Origin: Squalus acanthias | Lineage: Eukaryota | NCBI GenBank assembly: GCA_030390025.1 | Contig: CM059438.1 | Span: forward strand, 17,980,001 to 18,044,000 | Direction: 5' to 3' | Length of the DNA stretch: 64,000 nt | Shown here: piece by piece, positions 37,429 through 51,006 of the stretch | Numbering within the stretch: position 1 is the stretch's first letter | Layout of the letters: every line of letters begins with the position of its first letter | Notes under the pieces: generated by a model | Databases searched by the model: none | What the model was told of the DNA's origin: nothing | What the model saw: the letters and a program-made list of their open reading frames with translations, nothing else | Translations under genes and position numbers: made by a program

Positions 37429-40400
37429 AACACTAATCCTACCTGAGCACAGTAATTGGTTCTAATACCAGTGTATGGTAGTGACATGTCTTCTAGGTAC
37501 AGATTGCAAATAAACTATTGAAATATGAAACAGCAGTCAATTGTCTGCTGATTGGAAAGAGCTAAATGTCTTGTAGCTAAATATCTTTTTTTTAGTTCTT
37601 TTTCATCCAAAGAAAATAGTTGGGCAATAACTGAAACAATTCAATCACACTTTATACGATTACACATCCATACAAAGAGCTTTTCACCCTATCCTCGATA
37701 GAAGTGCAACATTAGTATAACTCAGATTTGACACAATTGGTGGTGGTAATTTGTTTGCCACCCGAGTATAATATTAGTTTCACCTTCCCTATTATCATGA
37801 AACTTTTCTAAAATCATTTTTTTAACATGATGGATGTATTTTTTAAGCAAAATGGATGAGGTATAATTGAGGTATATGACAAATGTATTTGGCCTAATTA
37901 GTGTATAATCTCATTTTTAGTTTTTTCTACGTAAATGTTTCCAGGTCTGAAAATGTCTTTCATAGCGGGCAGATGATTTACGAGTTTAAATCAATTAACC
38001 GATTGCCCACTTACTGCAGTCTGTGTGAAAAATTGCTGCTGTATTTGCCTAAATTATAGCATTGACTGCACTTCAAAGCAATTGATTGCATGTGAGAGAC
38101 ATGATAAAGTTGCTATATAAAGGCAAGCCCTTTTTTTCTTGGATGCTTGCTTGTAGGTCACTTTTTCACCAGATTTCCATTTAAAGAGGTGGGCTTTCAC
38201 ATTAATTAAGACTTTGGTTTTCGAGGTTTGGAAAATTGTCCCAATCTAAAAGTCAAAATAGTGGTAATTGATCTTTCTATTTTTTCATAGAACTGAAGCC
38301 GCTCTAACAGAAATTTCATCCTAGTACCTTTGGTTTCCTTGCCATTTCCAGTTCCAGATATACTTATTGCTTATCTGCATCATAGTATTAAAAGTCTTAA
38401 GTTCTGTATCCCTGTATTTATCTGAGATACCCTCTACGGTGGTCCTTTCTATTTCATTGGTTGGATACTCCAGGACCCCAATCATTATTATTCAGAATTA
38501 TGTATACTATGTAAGTATGTTTGGAACATACTGTGCTTTTACCTTATATTTCCTATTTTAATTTAACTTGTTTAGTGAAAAAATACAGAAATGCATAATT
38601 GGGCGGACTATTAAACGGATATTGTGGCAGGAAATAAACGTTAGGTTTAATCTGCCACAATTTCCATTCAGGCAAAACTGATATTGCAAAAAATCTCCAA
38701 AATAAAGATCAACCATAAATTTTTGCAGACCCTGTTATAGAAGTGCTATAATATGCTAGTGTTGATTTACACCACTGTGGACTGAATGGCTCAATACTGT
38801 TTTCATCAAGTGTGAAGTATAGACAGAGCTTGGCCCATAAAATTAATTAATTAAATTTTTTGGGGGAGTTAAAATTCCACTTCTGTGTTCCTGGTACCCG
38901 CCATCACAGAAGTGGAAATTTTCCCCCTTTCGCTCTTCCTCCCCTCCTCCGCCTGCTGTCTCTCAAAAATACCTGCAATTGAATGAGAGGAAGACATCAC
39001 CACTGTGGTCATGCATTGAGGCAGTTAGTTGCCTGAATTTAAGATTTGAGGGCACCCTTCAGTTAATTAGGTTTAATTTATTTAAATGAGGTGCAGACTT
39101 CTCGTTGGAAATTCTTTTTTTTTACATGATTTATGTGATATCCAAATAGACCCCTGTGAATATTTACAAACTAGAATTTCTGACTAATAAGAGGGTGGCA
39201 CATCACCTGTAAGAAACAGGAACCGTGCCACATCCACCAACATGGCGAATCTGAACGGTTGCACATTTATGTTAATCAGTATTTTAGCAGAGCTATAAAC
39301 TAGAGGTTTGCTGGCACATGTTTGGATAAGCACATAAAATAGTATGGAATATACCATTTCACGATGAAGTAAAGCACTATTATCGCTTTGTTTGCCAGCT
39401 AGTAAATTGACAATAACACCATTTAACTTCAATATGAGGTAGTGTTCCTCAGAGAAATGTTCCAGACAAAACACTTTGAAATGCAGTTGCTGTAAAATAA
39501 TCCAGTCACTTTTTACGGTGACTGCTACTGCAATTTTGGGAGATTCTGATTGTGTTGCCTATTTAGAAGTGATATGACAGGAAAATTATAGTGTATTTGT
39601 GTTCTCATGTAAGAAAGCAGAATGTTAGATGTAAAACCTTTGCAAATCTTCTCTGATCTCGAGCCTATTGCTATAATTGGTCTTTGATCTACACTTACAT
39701 GCAGTGTTTTAATCAGTTAGCTTAGCATGATGCAGATCAAAACTTTATATCACCCTTTTGCACTGAAAATAGTGTACAATTACTTGCTTTATTTTCTGTC
39801 ATATGTTCCCATACTTTGAATCTAGTTGGGTTGGGGATTTAATATTCTGCTACATATAAATAAGGTCTTTGACAAAGTGATTGCAGGTAGAATAAAATAG
39901 AAAGAAATGGTTAACGGGTTACAAACAAATGGAGAACCATTAAAGCAAATTTAGGAAAGAAAGTGGCCAGACACAGTATGGTGCAATAAAACAGTTAAAT
40001 TAACTCAATCTTGTGTTGCAGCAAGCTATTTCAAACAACTATGAACTGTGTGACATTTGCGATTTTAAGGGCATGTACACATGTCCATAAAAAATACAAG
40101 ATTTAAAGGAATAGTTAAGATGGAAAAAGTAATGTTCCGATCCCTGTCTTGTAATCAACCCCTTTCTCGTTATTTTAAGTGGTCTCTATGGAGTGCCGTT
40201 CGTTCAAGTATAAAAAGAAACAACCGTTAAGGTTTTCTTTTGCAATACAGAAGTACATTAGCTCTATCATAGAGAACAGCTGGATTGTGTAGAGTGGCAA
40301 ATATTTCCGTTAGATTTTGGAATGTGTAAAGTCACTCGAAGTAATGTTTTCATTTGATCTCCATAAGTAAGTCTATTTTCTCAGTAAATAGTGTTTCTGT

Positions 40401-41959
40401 ATTTTTCACTTTCAAATCTAATGAAATCCCATGGTTGCCTCAAACTGAAACAATGCTTTACAAAATTTAGTGTACCGAAGAAGAAATGGTGTGTGTGATT
40501 TCCAAATTTTGACTGAGAGGAATAATAACATACTGCTAATTAAGCAATCAAATGCTGCAATTAGTATTAAATGGAATACTGCCAAATTGCATATTGGGGT
40601 GCAGCCAGAGGCAAGTATAAGAATGTCTCGTTCAACTGACCCTGTTGGTTGATATAAAACTTATGCTCTTGTCTCCGTGGACAAGTCATACAGCCTTCCC
40701 ATAGTTTGCAATGTTCTGCATGCTACAGTAGCTTTGACTTAATAGGTGATGATCTGCTCTATATTTGAATTTTTTGCATGCAAAGAGAAGTGGTATGTGA
40801 AGCTTCACTACTGTTATTGTGTGCAAGCTTTTTTTGGATTGATACCTGGGTTGAGGTGCAACTGCAGAGGCCTGAGCTTAAAACTGAATTCCGTCAGTCC
40901 TCATTGTACTGCTGCTCTGGCCGTGATCTTGCAAAGCACTGACACCCCAGTATAGGTTCTGGCACTGAGTAAGCCATCTTCATCTAGTCTACTGGTATTT
41001 CAACTGTGCAGAGTACAGGATCAGATTTGTTTTCTCTGCAACTTGGCAAACAGATGTTCCAAGAATTCTATCAGTAAACAGATTAGGCTTTGTAAAGCAC
41101 TAACTATTTTTGACGGATGAGAAGCCACACTTCTTTGGGAATTTTAACTCTTCTACCAGCTTTTCCAACCACTTTTACTGCCTCTTTGCTTCATTTGTAG
41201 CTTGAATTTGATTTGGGGCAACTGAATAGCACTTGATACCTTTATCAGAAATGGACCTGTTGAGCATAATGGCCTTTTCTTTATCCTAAAAAAAATCTTA
41301 TGCTATTATAGAAGAGAGTGATGGACATTAGTATGGCCAAGGTTCTTGACATGTCTTGTTGGCTTTGCTGTCTCAAAAGCTGAAGATGACATTTTCTACC
41401 CACTGACCATTTCTGTTTTTGTTTGCCTATAATGATTTGATCACTATTTGACTTTTAGCTCGGGATTTAACCTGCCAGGCCGTTGATTAACATAAAGAAA
41501 CAGACTGGAGTTGAGTGTGCTTCCCCAAGTCCCCGGTATAGTGTAATATGACATTAATTTCCCATAATAAAATGTTTGCCTCCTCTGAAGAATCAATCCA
41601 TCCAATTCAACAGCTCACCAAACACACCACAAGAATCCAGCTTTACAATAAGACTAGGATATTATAACCTTTTGAATAACTTGGAAACATTGTTCTAATT
41701 TCCTGATGAGCATCACGAATATGTGCAATTTTTTGATATTTTCACCCAATTGGCAACTAGATAGCTGGTTGTGATTGAGAGTGTGAAACATTTTCTCACT
41801 TAGTCTAGTTTGATGCAATCAGTAGTAGGGTCTCGGGTGAGTCATTGTTAAAGTTTGAGTTTGATCTTTTGTTGCACAAAGGCTTAATAAGCATGAGGAG
41901 TTACTAATTCCACGTTTGTGGTTCCAGCCTGCCAGTAGAGTTACTAGGATAAAGTTTCT

Positions 41960-43270
41960 AACAGCAATTTGCATTTACATGGTGCCTTTCATGTAGAAAA
42001 CATCCCAAGAAACTTCACGGAGGCATTAGAAAGAAAGAAGAAAGAAAGACTTGCATTTATATAGCACCTTTCACAACCACCGGACGTCTCAAAGCCCTTT
42101 ACAGCCAATGACGTACTTTTGAAGTGTAGTCACTGTTGTAATGTGGGAAACAGAGGGTTTAAGAAGGGAATTCCAGTGAGGTAGACTTCGATGGCTGAAG
42201 ACACAGCTGCCAGTGGTGGAGTGAAGGGAAGTGGGGGTGCACGGGCCCAGTGTCAGAGAAATGGAGATATGCGGGTGCGGGGTTCATAGAATCATAGAAA
42301 GTTACAGCACGGAAGGAGGCCATTTCAGCCCATCGTGTCCGCTCCGGCAAACAAAGAGCTATCCAGCCTAATCCCACTTCCCAGCTCTTGGTCCGTAGCC
42401 CTGCAGGTTAGAGCATCCCAAGTGCACATCCAAGTACTTTTTAAATGTGGTTAGGGTTCCTGCCTCTACCACCCTTTCAGGCAGCGAGTTCCAGACCCCC
42501 ACAACCCTCTGGGTGAAGAAATTTCCCCTCAAATCCCCTCTAAACCTTCCACCAATTACTTTAAATCTGTGGCCTCTGGTTTTTGACCCCTCTGCTAAGG
42601 GAAATAGGTCCTTTCTATCCACTTTATCTCTGCCCCTCATCATTTTATACACCTCAATAAGGTCTCCCCTCAGCCTCCTCTGTTCCAAGGAAAACAAACC
42701 CAGCCTATCCAGTCTTTCCTCATAGCTAAGATTCTCTACTCCCGGCAACATCCTTGTAAATCTCCTCTGTACCCTCTCCAGTGCAATCACATCTTTCCTG
42801 TAATGTGGTGACCAGAACTGCACGCAGTACTCTAGCTGAGGCCTAACTAGTGTTTTATACAGTTGAAGCATAACCCCCCCCTGCTCTTGTATTCTATGCC
42901 ACGGCTAATAAAGGTTCGAGGGCTGGACTAGGTTATGGAGATACGGAAAAGCAAGCCCATGGAGGGGTTTAAATACAAGGATGATCATTTTAAATTTGAG
43001 GCATTCGGAGGACTGGGAGCCAGTACAGATCAGTGAATCCGGGTGTGATGGTACTTAGTGTGATATAGGGTGCAAGCAGCAGAGTTTGGATGAGCTGAAG
43101 TTTATGGAGGGTGGAAGATGTGAGGCCAGCCAGGCGAGCATTTAGAGCAATCGAGTCTGGAGCTGACAGTGGCATTAATGAGGGTTTCAGGCACACATAG
43201 GCTGAGATAGGGGCAGAGGTGGGGGATGTTACAGAAGTGAAAGTCGGCGGCCTTTATGATGGAGAAGATA
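41960..43270 (-). mobile_element. Decayed L2 LINE 3' region with nested SINE tail (about 42030-42150) and CR1 (42284-42914)
   Basis: Translation TLHKLQLIQ...ITPGFTDLYWLPV, typical of L2; L2 tail at 41965-42020. Confidence 0.65.
42284..42914 (-). mobile_element. CR1 LINE 3' fragment with open ORF2 C-terminus
   Basis: ORF 42368-42871 LYKTLVRPQLEYCVQFWSP...FFTQRVVGVWNSLP. Confidence 0.9.
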
Positions 43271-44129
43271 TGGGTTCGAAATCTAGAACTGCAGTGTCTG
43301 ATTTTAATTTGCCTAATTGGAATGCCATTCTTGGATGGAACTTTTATTCAACATCTCCACCTTTTCCACAGAGCTGTAACATGCAATTCCATTCTTCTCA
43401 ACAGGATTGATAGTGGGGTTAGACCTGCTGTTGGAAACAGTTATAGCGTTCTACGACCAATCTCTGGAGGCTGTCTAATAATATTGTCGTTTGAAATTGA
43501 TCTTGAGCTTGCACCTCTGGCAAAGTAATAGTAGATAGTTTTTGAACTGGAACTTTGCCTGGAGGTAGATTTTCCTATTTTCTTAGTTGTTTAATCTTCT
43601 CCATATAACAAAGAATTTATGTATTTTGGCTCTGATTAAACCAGAACTGTAAGCCAAAGCTTAGATGTTTCAGTAGCATTCTGCAGCAATAGATATGTTC
43701 TACTTGATCTGAGACCAAATGAAATCTGGAACTTTTAGCTGGTAGGTGTTGTCAGTAAAAGGCAGCAATTTCCTGCTTGAGACAGTTCCAGATAGCCTTG
43801 TTCTGAGCACCTCGTGTTCATTTCAAGATGCCAATGAAAGGCTGCTTAGATGCAGACCACATTGTAATCAGACATGCCAACTAGTATTTTATTGATCACT
43901 TTCAGATGATGAGAGAAGCAGAACTTACCTTATCAATGGGGGAAGAAAGAGTACCATCTGCATTAAGCATTAGTAATTGTGAAGGAGTATGTAGGATGGT
44001 CTGATCTCTGTCCGTACTCCAGGATACCAGAGACATCTGCCTTTTGTTTTGTGCCCCAGTCGATCCTCATGACAGAGAATGATACATGTTTAATTCTGTC
44101 TGGTATCCAACAGGCAGCTGTCGGCATTT

Positions 44130-45085
44130 TACAGAGGATATACGGCACAGAAACAGGCCATTCGGCCCAACCAGTCCATGCCGGCATTTATGCTCCACCC
44201 GAGCCTCCTCCTGTCTTTCCTCATCTAAATCTATCAGCATAACCCTCTATTCCCTTCTCCCTCATATACTTGTCTAGCCTCCCCTTAAATGCATCTATAC
44301 TATTCACTTCACTTCAACCACTCCCTGTGGTAGCAAGTTCCACGTTCTCACCACTCTTTGGGTAAAGAAGTTTCTTCTGAATTCCCTATTAGATTTCTTG
44401 GTGACTATCTTATATTGATGGCCTCTAGTTATGCTCTTCCCCACAAGTGGTCTGTATCCACTCTATCAAATGTTTTCATAATTTTAAAGACCTCTATTAG
44501 GTCACCCTGCAGCCTTTTTTCAAGAGAAAAGAGACCCAGCCTGTTCATCCTTTCCTGACATGTATACCCTCGCATTTCTGGTGTCATCCTTGTAAATCTT
44601 CTCCGAACTCTCTCCAGTGCCTCTATATCCTTTTTATAATATGGCGACCAGAACTGTACGCAGTCCTCTAAGTGTGGTCTAACCAAGGTTCGATACAGGT
44701 TGATAGTGCTTGATTTGCTTTTTTTATGGCCTTGCTAACCTGTGTCGCACCTTTTTGTGATTTGTGTATTTGTACTCCAAGATCCCTTTGTTCCTCTACC
44801 CACCTAGACTCGCACCCTCCAAGTAATTCTTCCTACCAAAATGTAATACCTCACATTTATCTGTGTTGAACTTCATTTGCCAATTATATGCCCATTCTGC
44901 AAGTTTATTAATGTCCTCCTGTAACTTGTTGCAGTCCTCCTCAGTATTGACTATCCCCCCAATTTGGTGTCATCCACAAATTAAAAAATTGCGTTTTTGA
45001 TTCCTAAGTCTAAATCGTTAATGTAAATTGTGATCAGCAGCCCAGCACTGATCCTTGTGGAACACCACTACCCACCTTCTGGCAC
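44130..45085 (-). mobile_element. CR1 LINE fragment
   Basis: Translation VRPHLEDCVQFWSP; GVPQGSVLG-like motif near 45040-45070. Confidence 0.85.
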
Positions 45086-45103
45086 TGTGAATAGTTATTC
45101 TCG

Positions 45104-45310
45104 GGGGAGTGTCTCGATGGCTCAGTTGGTAATGGCTAGCCTTGAACTGGGCCATAGATGCCAGGATCAATCCCCGACAGTTTGTGCTAAGTTAACTGAT
45201 CTCATCTGGGATGCAGTCAGTGCCACTACAGTTTGTTTCAACAACTCTATGCTTGGAAGAGAGAAAAAAAATCAGGTAATTCCTGTTTCTTATCATTACC
45301 AAGAGACACC
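45104..45310 (+). mobile_element. Decayed tRNA-derived SINE
   Basis: A-box TGGCTCAGTTGG and degenerate B-box GGATCAATCCC; no cloverleaf. Confidence 0.4.
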
Positions 45311-45839
45311 TCATAAAGTAGGTGTGTAGCAGCTCACAGTTGCCAAAAATAATGTTTTTCTCCTTGAGTATTTTAGTCCAAAGTTCTTCAAGAGCACTTG
45401 ATTCTGAGTATTGTTGTGGGAGGTTACAAACCACAGTTGGCATGTATGACACTTCTTATCTGCACCACAAATCATCCAGGGATGGATGTTGCTTCATTCA
45501 CTACTCAACACAATGAAAATGTCACAGCCAACTAGGATATTGGGGTTGTCAATTGCTGCTGTGCCAATGAGACATGGCAAGTTGGCTCAAAGGAGTGCAT
45601 GTTTGTGCATCATAATGTAAATTCACAATCCATGTGCAAAACCAGCTGCCAGTTACCAACAGCTGTAGTCAACCACCTCTGAAGCCAAATTGCAGACTGG
45701 ATAACACAAAGGCCCTGGAGCCCTTTCCAAACTTCAGTGTGTAAGGTTGCGATTGAAATCTTATTGGGACAGACTTTAGATGTATTTTAATACACTATGC
45801 TCCCTGTTGCTGTTATTGCAATCCCTATCAAAAGAATAT

Positions 45840-46097
45840 TTAGCATAGTGGTTATCTTACTGGACAAGTAATCCAGCGGCCTGGACTAATGATCCGGAGT
45901 TCAGATCCCACCACGGCAGCTGGAGAATTAAATTGAATTAAATAAATCAGGAATAAAAAGCTAGTATCAGTAATGGTGACCATGAAACTACCAGATTGTT
46001 TTACTAATGTCCTTTAGGGAAGGAAATCTGCTGCCCTTTCCCGGTCTGGCCTCTATGTGACTCCAGACCCACAGCAATGTGGTTGACTCTTAACTGA
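45840..46097 (+). mobile_element. HE1-like SINE, 3'-truncated
   Basis: TAGCATAGTGG, GAGTTCAGATCCC and core CTAATGTCCTTTAGGGAAGGAAATCTGC. Confidence 0.7.
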
Positions 46098-46529
46098 TGA
46101 TGGGTGTAGTGACCTTGGTGCTTAATGAGGTTCACATAAGATATGTTAGGTTTGTGATCTGACAGTAACTCCATCAACCAAGCATGTTTGCAGGATAGCC
46201 TATTGAAATCTGAAATTGCTCAATAAAACACTCGTTACCTTTCAGTGTATGCCTGCATTCTCTGCCCATGTTTGCATAATAGCTTACGACTGCCATGGTA
46301 ACACATTTCTGTAGCATTGAAGGTGGAATCTTTCAATTATTAAATAACGAAACAAAGGGCTGCTCCCAAAAATTGAATTTACTTGCGACTTGGCAATTGT
46401 ATTCAGTAGTAAATGTTAACAGCAATACCCTTGGGCCTGCAGTATTGTTTATAATTACTTGCAGCAGCTATGGTATCTGATGTAATTGAACAGAAAAGTG
46501 CTATTAGGACAGTTGGAAATTGGGGTGGT

Positions 46530-47110
46530 GGAAGAATGAACAAAAGAATCCTGAAGGGATTGGGTCTTTCAGAAGTCCGAAGGGGGAGAGAAGGGGAAAA
46601 TGTACATGTTGGTGGAGATAGTGGAGCATTATCTTGCAGATGTGAAGGCTGGTAAGTTGGAAGCTCAGGACAAGAGGAATGCTGTCATCATCGTGAGAGG
46701 AGGGGGAAGAGAGAGCAGAGGTAAGAGAAATGCATTGGGCACAGTCAAGGGTTGCAGTCACAAGGAAGCTCCATTTCAGAAAAAAGGAGGACTGTTCAGA
46801 AGTTCTGATACAGAAAGTGAAGTCATCAGAACAGATATGATGGAGAAACTGAGAGAAAGGGATGGACTCTTCACAGGAAATAGGATGGGAAGAAAAAAAT
46901 CCAGGTAGTTGGGGAGTTTGTAATAGATGTGTGTGGAAAACCCACTGCCAGAGTTGGAGAGAGAAACTCATGAAGGTAAGGGAAGAGAAGAGTCAGAGAT
47001 GGCCCAAGTAAAGGATGAGTGGAAGTTGGAAGCATAGTTAATTAAAATCTCAAAATCAGAATGAAAGCAAGAAGTGGCATCAACATGGTCATCACTGTAC
47101 TGGAAGAAGA
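46530..47110 (-). pseudogene. Decayed Penelope-like element reverse transcriptase (catalytic and thumb region)
   Basis: LFFQYSDD...INYASNFHSSFTWAISDSSLP and SSHPISCEESIPFSQFL..ICSD...IPLVLSF resemble PLE motifs RYIDD, SIPxSQFLRxRRICS and VPLVLTYHP. Confidence 0.7.
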
Positions 47111-47129
47111 GGACCGCTCTGGTCAAAGT

Positions 47130-47520
47130 CTCAAACAGCATTCTTTGCAAATGGGGTGTGTTGTATGTCCTCATTCTCCTTGAACTCCCTGCATAATTCA
47201 ATGTTGTTGACCACACCATCCATGTGAGGGTAGTGCCATGGAGGCTGACCACACAGTAGAGAAGAATGGTCAACTATTTTGAATGCCAGATAGAGGTCAA
47301 GGAGGATGAGGAGGTTATAACACATCCTGGTTCACACGGGATGTCATTGGTGGCTTTGACCAGAATGGTCACTGTATTGGGGATAGGATGGAAGCCAGTC
47401 AGAAATGATTTTAACAGTGAGTCATGGAAGAGGTGGGTGTGTATTTGAGTTGCAATAACACATTCCTCAACCATGGAGAGGAACTGGAGGGTCAAAGATG
47501 GGGTGGCAATTGGAGAGGAC
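47130..47520 (-). mobile_element. Decayed L2 RT fragment
   Basis: Translations GFHP..TVTILVKATNDI and LLILLDLYLAFKIVDH (LLDLSAAFDTVDH-like). Confidence 0.6.
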
Positions 47521-48555
47521 AGAAGGATCAAGAGTAGGCTTCCTTCTGGTCCACAAAAACCCTTGTTCTTTTTCACAGCCTCACTCCTTCCTACCTCTGC
47601 AACCTCCTCCAGCTCTACATCTCTGCTTGCACCCTCAACCCTCCCAATGTCTACAGTATGTTATTCTCTCCCCCGTCCTCCCCCACCCCCACCACTCCAG
47701 TCTACCATCGTGACCAAGCCTCCTTCAGCATAATCTGGCACTTTCCCCACAAACCAATCTGCCTGTCACGTCACGTCACGTCTCTTTGCACCTTCAAAAT
47801 CTTCCGTAAAACTTGCCTCTTCAACAATAGTTTCAGCTACCTCCCTCATTTCCCTCTCCTTGGGTTGGTTTGCTCAATTAAAGGTGCAATGCAAGTTGTG
47901 CAAATGGCTCCTGCATTAATCTAGAAATACAATTAACTTTCAGATGTACAATTTTTAGTCAGCTGATTAAATTCCTTCAAGTAATTTAATCAATTAAACT
48001 TCTGTCAGAGTTACTAAGGAACATTTGATATGATCTTGTTTCTGGACTGCATTCACAGTTTTACAGAATGCCAACATGTCAGCTTAACCTAATAACTGCA
48101 GAGAAAGTGCCATGTATTTCTACTTCGAAATTAGTCATTGACAGCTGGCAGAGTGTCAAAAATAAGTTCTGATAAACTTCAAAGAGCCACTGTCCATCGT
48201 AGCATTATAAAGTGGGTCAAGCACTTATTTAGCGAAAATGTAATGGTTGAAAATTAATACATTTACCATGTTGTCCAGTCGATAAAATCAAGTCTAAACT
48301 ATGTTTGATTAAAAGGCCAGGTTAAATCAAATTACTGTTAATTTCGTAGAACCCTAGACTAGCACTTGATCTGTGAGTGTTGTATTTAGAATTTAACATT
48401 TCAATACATAAGAATTAATTGATTTTCTCAGCTGCCAGGGCATGTCCAATAACATTATCCAAAGACGTCTCCGTGTTCTGATACCTTGAATCTGTATCAC
48501 TTATTTATCATGAGTTCTTCATTCTGATTTTTGATGGTTTCATTCTCCATATTTC

Positions 48556-48793
48556 AGCTTGGCCCAATTGGTAGTACGCTTGTCACAATAAGCTACGGGT
48601 TGAAGCCTTACTCCAGGATTTGAGCATATAATCTAGCTTGGCACTTTTCAGTCCAATTCTGAGGAGTCCTACATTATCAGATGAGTTGTTAAAGTGAGGC
48701 CCTGTTTTGCCTGTTCAGGTTGAGGTAAAAGAGATCCCGTGGCACTTTTTTGAAGAAGGGAGCTTCCTGGTGTCTTGGCCAATACTCATCCCT
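48556..48793 (+). mobile_element. DeuSINE-like 5' part; 3' part at 50229-50245 and 51007-51175
   Basis: Colinear with 10733-10998; similarity resumes after the CR1 and MITE insertions. Confidence 0.65.
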
Positions 48794-50228
48794 CATAAGA
48801 ACATAAGAATTAGGAGCAGGAGTCGGCCATTTGGCCCTTCGAGCCTGCTCCGCCATTCAAAAGATCATGGCTGATCTTCTACCTCATCTCCACTTTCCTG
48901 CACTATCCCCATATCCCTTGATTCCCTTAATATTGAAAAATCTATCGATCTCTGTCTTGAATATACTCAACGACTGAGCCTCCACAGCCCTCTGGGGTAG
49001 AGAATTCCAAAGATTCACCACCTTCTGAGTGAAGAAATTTCTCCTCATCTCAGTCCTAAATGGCTGACCCCTTATTCTGAGACTGTGACCCCTAGTTCTA
49101 GACTACCCAGCCAGGGGAAACATCCTCCCTGCATCTACCCTGTCAAGCCCTGTAAGAATTTTGTATGTTTCAATGAGATCACCTCTCATTCTTCTAAACC
49201 CTAGAGAATATAGGCCAGGTCTACTCAATCTCTCCTCATAGGACAATCCCCCCATCCCAGGAACCAGTCTGGTGAACCTTCGTTGCACTCCCTCTACGGC
49301 AAGTATATCCTTCCTTAGGTAAGGAAACCAAAACTGTACACAATACTCCAGGTGTGGCCTCACCAGGGCCCTATATAATTGCAGTAAGACGTCTTTACTC
49401 TTATACTCAAATCCTCTTGTAATAAAGGCCAACATACCATTTGCTTTCCTAATTGCTTGCTGTACTTGCATGTTAACTTTCAGTGATTCGTGTGCAAGGA
49501 CACCCAGGTCCCTCTGAACACCAACATTTCCCAATCTCTCACCATTTCTATTTTTCCTTTCAAGGTGGATAACTTCACATTTCTCCACATTATATTCCAT
49601 TTGCCATGTTCTTGCCCACTCACTTAGCCTGTTTATATCCCCTTTAAGCCTCCTTGCATCCTCCTCACAACTTACATTCCCACCAACTTTGTATCATCAG
49701 CAAACTTGGATATATTACATTTGGTCCCCTCATCCAAATCATTGATGTAGATTGTGAATAGCTGAGGCCCAAGCACTGATCCTTGCAGTATCCCACTAGT
49801 TACAGCCTACCAACCCGAAAATGACCCGTTTATTCCTACTCTCTGTTTTTTATGCGTTAACCAATCCTCAATCCATGCTAGTATATTGCCCCCATTCCCA
49901 TGAGCCCTAATTTTGTTTAATAACCTCTTGTGTGGCACCTTATCGAATGCCTTCTGAAAATCCAAATACACCACATCCACTGGTTCCCCCTTATCTATTC
50001 TGCTAGTTACAACCTCAAAAACTGGATTTCCCTTTCATAAATCCGTGTTGACTCTGCCCAAACCTATTATTATTTTCTCAGTGCCCTGTTACCACGTCCT
50101 TAATAATAGGTTCTAGCATTTTCCCTACTACTGATGTCAGGCTAACTGGCCTGTAGTTCCCCATTTTCTCTCTCCCTCCTTTCTTAAATAGTGGGGTTAC
50201 ATTTGCTACCTTCCAATCCGCAGGAACC
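48794..50228 (-). mobile_element. 5'-truncated CR1 LINE
   Basis: LDFQKAFD, QGSVLGP and FADD motifs; ORF 49103-49600; CATAAGAA tail. Confidence 0.9.
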
Positions 50229-50245
50229 AACACCAAAACATATTA

Positions 50246-51006
50246 TGGCCCAGAAATTCCATTCGCAGCCCTCCCGCGGGCGCAGGACTGTGATCCGGAA
50301 AGATCTGCGCCTGGACCGGAGGGCTCCCGGGAGGCGCAGAATTCCGTTGCTGTGCCTCTTCAAACTGCCGGTGTGCAGGGCACGCGTATCCCAGGGGCGC
50401 AGGCGGATCGCAGTGTCCCTGGGATCACGTGGGCCATGGGGAGCCAATCAGAGCAGGGAATCTCCATTCATAGATTTGACAGGAAGACCTGTCAAATCTA
50501 TGAATAGAGATCAGCCCCAAAACATAAGTAAAACTTCAAATAAATTTTTAAAAACCCACATTTTTAAAATGACTATAAATTACATAAATTAACTATTTTA
50601 AACAAAAATTTAAATTTTTGAAAAAATAATTAAAGTTTTTAACGGGGCTAAAAATAAACTTACCTTTCTTTAAAGTATTTTAAAATGATAAATCAGTGGA
50701 AAAAAATTTTTTTTTTTTACTTTCTTAAACTATTAGCCTGCTAAAAGCAGGCCTTGCGCCTTCTTTTCTAGGCGCAGCTGTTCCCGACTTACCTGGACTC
50801 AAGCCAGTGTGGTAAAAAACGGATGTTTCTGCCGTACGCGCTGCCTATCCGGCGCAGGCGTTTGACCTGGGAAGCCCTTTCTACAGAGAACGGAAGTTCC
50901 GGTTTCCAGCGCATGCGCAGTGCATGCGTAAAACCGGCACTTCCATTGGCCCTACGGGTGAGTACACAGTGCGTACACACCCGTAGGGAACGGAATTTCT
51001 AGGCCA
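50246..51006. mobile_element. Harbinger-like MITE inserted in a SINE
   Basis: TIR TGGCCCAGAAATTCC / GGAATTTCTAGGCCA; TSD TTA/TTA. Confidence 0.8.

Noticed and set aside
41702-41726. CTGATGA...GAAT as another hammerhead
   Set aside because: No GAAA and no convincing stem II or stem I; other isolated CTGATGA hits (9904, 11153, 29222, 46093) also lack the fold.
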